Shown here in pieces: positions 17,364-25,500 of a stretch of 27,654 nucleotides of DNA. The DNA is taken from contig JABCSY010000053.1 of assembly GCA_018238625.1 (NCBI GenBank), positions 1 through 27,654 of the forward strand, written 5' to 3'. The notes under the pieces are model-generated. The model saw only the letters and a program-made list of their open reading frames with translations. It ran no database searches and had not been told where the DNA came from. Origin of the DNA: Promethearchaeota archaeon. Lineage in GTDB: Archaea; Asgardarchaeota; Lokiarchaeia; Sigyniarchaeales; SOKP01. The translations under genes were made by a program, and so were the position numbers. How positions within the stretch are numbered: position 1 is the stretch's first letter; each line of letters starts with the position of its first letter.

Positions 17364-19115
17364 TTGAAGTCACGACAAAAAAAGGCAATATTCGTTTTAT
17401 TAGCTGTAAGCTTTGGTTTTTTTTTTGGTTTAACATTTTTTATTAAAGGTGACTCAAACACTAGTAATCTCGTTTCGGAAAAAGAGAATTCAATTCAACC
17501 TGAAAATTCGTACACATATTCCACTCAAATTATTAGACCAGACGATGACCTAACAAATAGTGGTTTTACACTTGTACCAGGTGGTGGTTATTTATATACG
17601 AAAATAAATGATAATGTAAGTTCACCTGCGGCTGGAGGAGATAGTGAATATATTATTGGTGATCATGATCTAGATGATTGCGAGGTCGAGATGAGTTCTA
17701 TAACTTTAAATCCAGGTCAAGTTGTCACAGGAATAGAAATATATGCAAGGGGGCAAGTTGGAGGTGGTCCTGGAGAAGTTACTATTCGTACAGGTTTTAG
17801 ATGGAGAATTGGGACAGGAACCTATTCCTCATCTAACTCAGTTCAATTTGATGAAAGTAGTTTCTACTGGCTTAGTGCAAGTCCATGGCCGGATTTAGAA
17901 TTATCACAATCTGAATTAAATGATTTAAGGATTGAAATAAGTATTACAGGAATTGTAGGTGTAAAAACACAAGAAATTTCAGTAATGTATGTGGAACTTA
18001 CTATTAGAAGTAATGAAAACCCTAATGTTAATTTAACTTCTCCGAATGGAGGTGAAATTCTACAAGAAACTGCGAATATAACTTGGAATTATTCTGATCC
18101 TGAAGGTGATACCATAACATTTAACTTATTATATGACATTGCGGGGGCAGGGTGGACTCCAATAGTTTCTGGATTAGTAAATGAGACTTCTTACGAATGG
18201 GATCTGACGGGTTTTACTCAAAGATACGACCAAGTTAGGGTAAAAATAGAGGCGGACGATGGAAATGGGGGATACGATGAGGATATTAGCGATGATTATT
18301 TCGATATATTTGTTAACCATGATCCCGTAGTAAACTTAATATCTCCAAATGGGGGTGAGATTCTACAAGGTAATACATCAATAACATGGAATTTTTTTGA
18401 TGCTGACGATGATCTTTTATCATTTAATATTTCGTACAATATAGCTGGAACAGGATGGACCCTTATTGTTTCTGGATTAGTAAATAAGAGTTCATATCAA
18501 TGGGACTTAAGTAATTTCACCCAAAGATACGATCAAGTTTTAATCAAATTAGAAGTAAATGACGGGTATAATGGATATAGCGAGGATATTAGCGGAGACT
18601 ATTTTGTAATAAATATAATAGAGCAAAAGGGAGAGTTTGATCCTATTATTCTGATTTTGATCTTTGGAGCAAGCGTAGGAATTTCAGGTATTTTTATTGG
18701 AAATAATATTGTAAAAAGAAAAAGGAAGAAAAGCATTAAAAACAGAGATTCATCAATTCCATATAGGGTTAAACAAGTAGATAGTGTTGGTAGTAATCAT
18801 AAAAAGATTATAGTAGAAGCTGATCTTTTAATTAGAAGAACTAGCAATGGTAATAGTAAAGATTTAATTTCTAATCTGTTTTCTAAAAATTCTAACCTTC
18901 TAGATGAAGTAGTAGGGAAAGAGGGCTATGAAGTAGTAAAAATATTAGGAAAATTCCGCATTACAACATTATCTGATGATTTTTGGGATAAAGTAGAGCA
19001 ATTTGAGTGGGAAAATAATGAGAAAGAAGAATTCATAAAAGATATGCTTGGATTGCCCCCTGATTGTCGTGAACAGTTTATTGATGATATGTTAAGGCAA
19101 TCAAAGAGGCGATAA
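17364..19115 (+). CDS. Single-pass surface protein paralogous to the upstream gene: same head domain, two SPNGGE repeats, TM helix and ~130-aa cytoplasmic tail
   Basis: SPNGGE at 18039 and 18342; TM PIILILIFGASVGISGIFIG followed by KRKRKK; acidic helical end TTLSDDFWDKVEQFEW...EFIKDMLGLPPDCREQFIDDML. TTG start. Confidence 0.85.
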   Translation: MKSRQKKAIFVLLAVSFGFFFGLTFFIKGDSNTSNLVSEKENSIQPENSYTYSTQIIRPDDDLTNSGFTLVPGGGYLYTKINDNVSSPAAGGDSEYIIGDHDLDDCEVEMSSITLNPGQVVTGIEIYARGQVGGGPGEVTIRTGFRWRIGTGTYSSSNSVQFDESSFYWLSASPWPDLELSQSELNDLRIEISITGIVGVKTQEISVMYVELTIRSNENPNVNLTSPNGGEILQETANITWNYSDPEGDTITFNLLYDIAGAGWTPIVSGLVNETSYEWDLTGFTQRYDQVRVKIEADDGNGGYDEDISDDYFDIFVNHDPVVNLISPNGGEILQGNTSITWNFFDADDDLLSFNISYNIAGTGWTLIVSGLVNKSSYQWDLSNFTQRYDQVLIKLEVNDGYNGYSEDISGDYFVINIIEQKGEFDPIILILIFGASVGISGIFIGNNIVKRKRKKSIKNRDSSIPYRVKQVDSVGSNHKKIIVEADLLIRRTSNGNSKDLISNLFSKNSNLLDEVVGKEGYEVVKILGKFRITTLSDDFWDKVEQFEWENNEKEEFIKDMLGLPPDCREQFIDDMLRQSKRR

Positions 19116-19119
19116 GAGG

Positions 19120-19773
19120 TTGAACTCAATAGCGTCTACTGAATTCGAAAACGAAGAAGAAATCGTATTTAATGCGGTTCAAGACTATTTAAACGAGAAT
19201 AAAATAGTTGAAAAAAACAATTTAGTTAATTATATCAAATCTTATTTCTCTAAAATTGCTATCAACATCAATGAAGAGGGAATTGTTAAAAATTTGGAAT
19301 CTTTAATTGAAAAGAAGAGAATTGTTGAAGGTTCTAAGTTAACTAGGAATACAGTATTACAAAATGAAAAAAGAAAGAAAATTTATGATTGTATTGTCAA
19401 CAATCCCGGAATGTACTTTAATAAAATATTAAAAAACATGAATCTCAGCAACCACGTTGTCTATTGGCACGTAAACATCCTATTAAAATTTAATTTAATA
19501 AAAACAACTGAAATTCAGAACCGCGACATATATTTTAATTCTGATTTTGACGTTAAAGAAGCTAAAACGCAATACATTTTGAGAAAAAAAGGTAGTAAAA
19601 AAATACTCGAATATCTTAAAGAAAACACAATTGGTATAAATAAAAACCAACTAGCTTCAGAATTAAAAATGCACGCTAAGACAATTAAAAAATACGTCGA
19701 CCTTCTTGAAGAATATGGATTTATTGAAAAGAAAAAGTTTTCTCCTAAAGAAATTTTATATTTTTTAAAATGA
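19120..19773 (+). CDS. Winged helix-turn-helix transcriptional regulator with tandem wHTH domains
   Basis: NEKRKKIYDCIVNNPGMYFNKILKNMNLSNHVVYWHVNILLKFNLI and KKILEYLKEN..GINKNQLASELKMHAKTIKKYVDLLEEYGFI. Starts 4 nt after the previous stop. Confidence 0.88.
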   Translation: MNSIASTEFENEEEIVFNAVQDYLNENKIVEKNNLVNYIKSYFSKIAININEEGIVKNLESLIEKKRIVEGSKLTRNTVLQNEKRKKIYDCIVNNPGMYFNKILKNMNLSNHVVYWHVNILLKFNLIKTTEIQNRDIYFNSDFDVKEAKTQYILRKKGSKKILEYLKENTIGINKNQLASELKMHAKTIKKYVDLLEEYGFIEKKKFSPKEILYFLK

Positions 19774-19806
19774 AATCTATTAATAAATAAGTAATTTCTG
19801 ATAATT

Positions 19807-21126
19807 TTATAATATCTTTTTAGATGCTTTCTTATCTAAGGCATCTTTTAAAATCTTAATCGCGCAAAATTCGCCGCACATACTGCATACATCATCGTCA
19901 TCGTCAACATTTCCATTTCTAAAATGAATCTCGCGAGATAATTCTGGATCGATCGATTGTTTTATCATTCCTTCCCAATCTAGATTTTTACGGGCTATAT
20001 CCATTTTGTAATCCCAATCTGATGCCCTTTTACCATATTTCGCAATATTTACGGCATGTGCTGCGATTTTCGAAGCAATAACCCCTCTTTTTACTTCTTC
20101 CTTATTGGGTAGTGCCAAATGCTCGGAGGGAGTAACGTAACAGAGATAATCTGCTCCGGCCATACCCGCCATTACACCTCCTATCGCACTTACGATGTGG
20201 TCGTAACCCGGAGCTATATCAGTTACTAATGGTCCTAAAACATAAAAAGGTGCGTTATTGCATAATGATTTCATAATTTTTATGTTGCGCTCTATTTCAT
20301 TAGCAGGAATGTGTCCAGGCCCTTCCACCATTACTTGGACATTCTGTGACCAAGCGCGTTTTACTAATTTTGATATCTCAACTAACTCTTGAATTTGGGC
20401 GTAATCTGTGGAATCAAATATACTACCCGGCCTCATCCCATCTCCAAGTGAGAGCGTGAAATCGTGTTCTTTCGCCATTTCTAATAAGTAGTCGTAATTA
20501 CTATTAAAAGGGTTTTCTAAATCGTTCTCAAGTATCCATGCGGCTAAAAAAGTTCCTCCGCGAGAGACCACTCCCATAGTTCTTGGATGGTCTTTTAGGT
20601 AGTTTACTATCTCTTTCGTAACTCCAACATGAATTGTAAAAAAGTCCACGCCTTCTTTAGCCTGTTCTTCTACTACGTTAAAGAGGTCATCTTCGTCAAA
20701 GTTTATAATAGCTCCTTTTTTTTCCAACGCTCTTAACGCGGATTGGTAAATAGGAACCGTTCCTAATGGGACTTTAACTTCTTTTAAAATTTGTTTTCGA
20801 ATGTTTTTCACGTCGTCCTCGGTTATTCCAGTGCTTAAATCCATGATGGTATCTGCCCCGTATTTTACAGCGATCTTGGCTTTTTCTAATTCTTCGTTAA
20901 TATCACATACTCGTTTGCTGGAGCCTAAGTTAGCGTTAACTTTTACTAGCAAACCTTCACCTATGCCAATAGGTTCGATATCGCGATTATTGGATTTTGG
21001 AACGATAATACGGCCTTTTGCGATTCCTTTTCGAAGGAATTCTACATCTACTTGTTCTTTTTTCGCAACTAATTCCATTTCTTTGGTGATTTTACCATCT
21101 CGAGCGATTTTCATTAATGTGGGCAA
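19807..21126 (-). CDS. thiC: Phosphomethylpyrimidine synthase ThiC
   Basis: KVNANLGSS, GADTIMDLSTG, GTVPIYQ, VSRGG, SLGDGMRPG, MVEGPGH, APGYDHI, CYVTPSEHL, C-terminal CSMCGEFC Fe-S motif. Confidence 0.97.
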   Translation of the reverse strand: MPTLMKIARDGKITKEMELVAKKEQVDVEFLRKGIAKGRIIVPKSNNRDIEPIGIGEGLLVKVNANLGSSKRVCDINEELEKAKIAVKYGADTIMDLSTGITEDDVKNIRKQILKEVKVPLGTVPIYQSALRALEKKGAIINFDEDDLFNVVEEQAKEGVDFFTIHVGVTKEIVNYLKDHPRTMGVVSRGGTFLAAWILENDLENPFNSNYDYLLEMAKEHDFTLSLGDGMRPGSIFDSTDYAQIQELVEISKLVKRAWSQNVQVMVEGPGHIPANEIERNIKIMKSLCNNAPFYVLGPLVTDIAPGYDHIVSAIGGVMAGMAGADYLCYVTPSEHLALPNKEEVKRGVIASKIAAHAVNIAKYGKRASDWDYKMDIARKNLDWEGMIKQSIDPELSREIHFRNGNVDDDDDVCSMCGEFCAIKILKDALDKKASKKIL

Positions 21127-21315
21127 ATTTTTAGACCTTCTTGTAATGTGTTTCTTATTCTACTAACGATTAAATATCAATTTCTAATATAAATTTATTA
21201 TAGGTGAATTAAATTGTTTTGTTTAATAAAAAATAATAAGACACCATTTCAGAAATATTTTGTTATAAATATATTCGTCTATAAAGATAGAAAAAAAAAA
21301 AAAGGAATTTAAGGT

Positions 21316-21654
21316 TTATACTTCTGGTGCAGTCATACCTAAGATTTTATAAGCTTCTGCTAAGTCCAAAAAGATTTCTACTTTATATTTAAGCCCATCA
21401 ATTTTAGAAGCCATGAATAAGTTTTGTTGAGTTGACCGTTTTAGGGCTTCTTTTTCCATGCCTTTCATTATCTGACCAATACCATAAGTTAAAAGAGTTC
21501 CATCTTCGTCTGAACCGACAGCAATGGCGAGTGTTTTTTCAATTGAATTATCCGGAGGGTTATCTTTTAGAAAATCTGTATACGCTTTTGCTATTTTATT
21601 TGACTGATCAGCAGGAAACCAAACTCGACTTACTAAGAGTGTTATTTTAATCAC
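21316..21654 (-). CDS. Small hypothetical alpha/beta protein
   Basis: 112-aa ORF with normal composition. The real start may be ATA at 21645, with the GTG being part of a GATGTGA SD-like sequence. Confidence 0.75.
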   Translation of the reverse strand: MIKITLLVSRVWFPADQSNKIAKAYTDFLKDNPPDNSIEKTLAIAVGSDEDGTLLTYGIGQIMKGMEKEALKRSTQQNLFMASKIDGLKYKVEIFLDLAEAYKILGMTAPEV

Positions 21655-21838
21655 ATCATTCTTTTAATTAAATTAGATTTCGTTGCATTTGATAATCAGA
21701 TACAAAAATATTTAAATCTTTACATTTTTGTCAATCAAAGAATAGGATTTCGTTAAGAATATAGACTTTAATTATCAAAAAACAAAAAGAAAGGAATTTT
21801 TTCTAAAGTTTATGATCAAACATAGAAAAAATATCTTG

Positions 21839-22306
21839 TTAGTATCCCATTTTTAGTTGCTTTAAGAGCTCAACTAAAGATTCGGTTAATTTATATGTTT
21901 TTAAATCTTTAAATGGCACGAATTTAGCGTCTAACGCGTCGGAATCGGGCATAGGTGGTTGATTTAGATCGCCCTCAGTTTGTTCTACGAAATAATTAAT
22001 CAAAACGTAATGGTATTCGATCTTCCCGGTATCGTCGTACATTATTTTATCTATTATTCCAGCTAATTTTGTAACCTTCACCTTAAAGCCGGTTTCTTCA
22101 AAACCCTCTCTTTCAGCAGCAGATTGTGTTCTTTCACCGATGTCTAAGTGTCCTCCGGGAATAGACCAATATCCCGCATCAGGATTGAATTTTCGTTTAA
22201 CTATCAATAACGAATTATTTCGAATCAGTAAAACGCCAACTCCTATTAATGGAACGATAGGATAACGTCTTAAATCGTAGGGGGTAAAATCTTTTTTATC
22301 TACCAT
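21839..22306 (-). CDS. Nudix hydrolase (ADP-ribose pyrophosphatase-like)
   Basis: Nudix box GGHLDIGERTQSAAEREGFEETGF; WSIPGG; YHYVLINY; SDALDAKF. Confidence 0.92.
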   Translation of the reverse strand: MVDKKDFTPYDLRRYPIVPLIGVGVLLIRNNSLLIVKRKFNPDAGYWSIPGGHLDIGERTQSAAEREGFEETGFKVKVTKLAGIIDKIMYDDTGKIEYHYVLINYFVEQTEGDLNQPPMPDSDALDAKFVPFKDLKTYKLTESLVELLKQLKMGY

Positions 22307-22507
22307 TTTAAAACAAAAACTTTAAAGATATTTATCAATAATTTTAGAATCTACTACTATAAATTGTTATTTTTGTATAATTTACTTATCTATTCTTGAT
22401 ACAATTTTAATTTTTTTTATCAGAATAAATTTAAATATTAGGAAAAAGATTTTCATCATTAGTTATTTAACTTAGTTTCTTAAAAATGAAATAAGGCGAA
22501 ATTTAAA

Positions 22508-25500
22508 ATGAATCATTTTAATTTAAAAAAAAAAGAAAAATGCATAATAATTTCTCTGTTGTACTTTTGTTCAATCTTTTCAAATGTTTTTATTAATAAC
22601 GGAACTTCAGATTTATTTTTGGCAACGCAAGAAAATGTATTTGGAAACAACGATGATTTGATCGAATTAAAGGTCACTATCTCCGATATTTTAATAGAAG
22701 ATAAGGAATCACCAACTGGAGAATGTTTTCAACGACTTAGCATAGACGGAGGCGGAAATCTTGATCAAACGGGAAGCCCTAGTCTACCCTTTAAAATTGT
22801 AAAAATGCTCCTTCCATATGGCAAAGATATGGCAGATATCGAAATCATTACTGGAGAAACACATATTTTAGAAGGATCGTATAAAATAGAACCCGCACAA
22901 GAACAAGTCCATATTAGCTCGAACGAGGTAACCGAATTTAAATTGGATAATTCAATTTACAATTCAATTAGCCCTTTTCCTAATAAACAATATTCAATTG
23001 TAGGTGTATATGAACTTAGGGGATATAGGATTTTAGTCCTAAATCTATACCCTGTGAGTTATATCCCAAAAACTGGAAAAGTATCTTATTTTAAAGATAT
23101 AATGGTACGAGTTAGCCTTACAAATCGTCCTAATACGAATTCTCTTTTCAGAGATTTAAAAGTAGATGAAAAACGAGTTGTCAATACCGTTGACAATCCA
23201 GAGTTGGTGGATGTTTATAGAGGAAAAAATACTCAATTAATTTCTCTTGGAGCAAGTTTAGATTTGCCTCCTGCATCTTATGATTACGTCATTATTACAA
23301 ACGAAGCTTTAAATAATTCTAATGGAGCTTATACTTTTCAAGATCTTAGGAATAGTAAAAATGCTGCAGGCATACAAACTACAGTTGTTACTATTGAATA
23401 TATTTACGCTAATTATCTTGGTGCCGATAACTCAGAAAAAATTAGAAATTTTATTATCGATGCCTATCAAACTTGGGGTGTAGAATATGTTTTATTAGGA
23501 GGTGATGGAGATGAAGTCAATATAGGTGGAGAGAGTGGAGATTCTATAATTCCATCTAGGGGCTTTTATGCTACGGCTTATGGAGAAGTAGAATTCAACG
23601 TTACATCCGATTTATATTATGCTGGGTTAGATGGAAATTGGAATACTGACGGAGATAATATGTGGGCTGAACCAGGCGAAGACGATCTATATGCAGAGGT
23701 GTATGTTGGTAGAGCTCCTGTGGATTCTGAAGATGAACTATCTAATTTTGTATACAAAACTTTAGCTCACGAGACAGATACTCATCCTTACCTATCTGAT
23801 GTATTGATGGTTGGTGAAGATCTTCATTGGTATGTGTGGGGCGGTGATTACAAAGACGAAGTAAAAGACGGTTCTGATGCACAAGGCTATACAACTGAAG
23901 GGTTTCCATTAGGATATTTTGTTGATACGCTTTACGACCGCGAATTAGACCCGGCAAGATGGGATAAAAACGATCTTATCCCTTTAATTAACGATGGAAT
24001 TCATATAATTAATCACCTTGGCCACTGCAATGTTGAATATAGCATGAAAATGGAAAATTATGATGCAGATGCGCTTACAAATGATCACTTTTTCTTTGGT
24101 TACAGCCAAGGATGCTACAATGGTGCGTTTGATAATAAGGGTCCTTGGGGGGAAATACACGAAAACGATTCTATTGTAGAACACTTTGTAACTACACCTC
24201 ACGGAGCGTTTGCTTTTATTGCTAATAGCAGGTTCGGATGGGGTGACCCTTACGGAACTAATGGAGCTTCTCAGTATTACGATCGCCAATTTTTTGATGC
24301 TATATTTTCAGAAGGCATTGAAGAAATAGGAAAAGCAAATCAAGACTCAAAGGAAGACAACATAGGATTTCTCTCTCAAGAAGCAATGAGATGGGTTTAT
24401 TATCAACTAAATCTCTTCGGAGATCCAACAGCAACGATTCCACCTCAACCTAATGATTTTACACCTTCACTTACTGATGGAAGCCTTTCGCCCACTTCTG
24501 GAAACCAAACAACTCTATTCACATACAACGTGACTTATACTGATGCTGATAATAACCCTCCAATTTATATAAATGTGTTAATAAATGAAACATCTTACCC
24601 TATGGAAAAACATGATATAATGGATGAAGATTACACTGATGGCTGTATTTATCAATATCTTACTTATTTACAACCTGGAAATTACAATTATTCATTTGAA
24701 TGCAAAGATTATAAATTTTCTAATAATACTGGAGTAACTAATGGCCCTTCTGTTTCAGAAACCCCAAATGTAGATTCACCTATTTTAAGTAATGGGCAAG
24801 TCTCTCCTTCAACGGGTATTAAGCATTGGGATACATTTAGATTCTCAGTAGTTTATTCGGATGCCGATAATAATTTGCCGGAATATGTTAATATTATACT
24901 AAATTCGAAAACATATACTATGGTACAACTAGATTATTTAGATTCAAATTATATGGATGGATGCGTATATACTTTCAGCACAACTATACATCAAGATGGT
25001 AATCAAAATTATTCGTTCGAGTGTTCTGATGGCGATTTTACTCATACTATTGGTCCCTTTAGTGGCCCTTCTGTTTACGAAATATTGAATTATACTATGG
25101 TCCCTGATTATGAGTATAATTGGATTGACGCATCTGGTGGAACAGAATTATTACTAAATGACGATGGATATTCAACACAATCTTTACCTTTTGACTTTCA
25201 ATTTTACAACAGGACATTTTCAACCATATATTTAAGTGCAAATGGATATTTAAGCTTCACCGACTCAACGCCTTCTGGATGTTCGCCTATCCCTTTACCT
25301 TCGGCAGACTCTAGGTATTCTTACTTTTTAGCTCCATTTATGGCTGACTTATACACCGAATATGCGGGTGGTAATGGTACTATTTATGTTCAATCATTCG
25401 GTAATTATTGGGTTGCTGAATGGCAGAATATCGCTTATTTGGGAGGGGGGCAAATTGCTGGTTCTTTTGAAGTAATTCTATATGATACTGGAGAAATCAT

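Noticed and set aside
21127-21315. TPP riboswitch upstream of thiC (and of thiDN)
   Set aside because: The region is very AT-rich with no GGG...CUGAGA core or plausible stems; only 23 bp precede thiDN.
3329-21650. Short ORFs opposite or overlapping real genes (3329, 5516, 6647, 7686, 8787, 8900, 10547, 10585, 11204, 11793, 13465, 14085, 14307, 15384, 16030, 18926, 20801, 21432)
   Set aside because: Each overlaps a well-supported gene on the other strand and has atypical composition.
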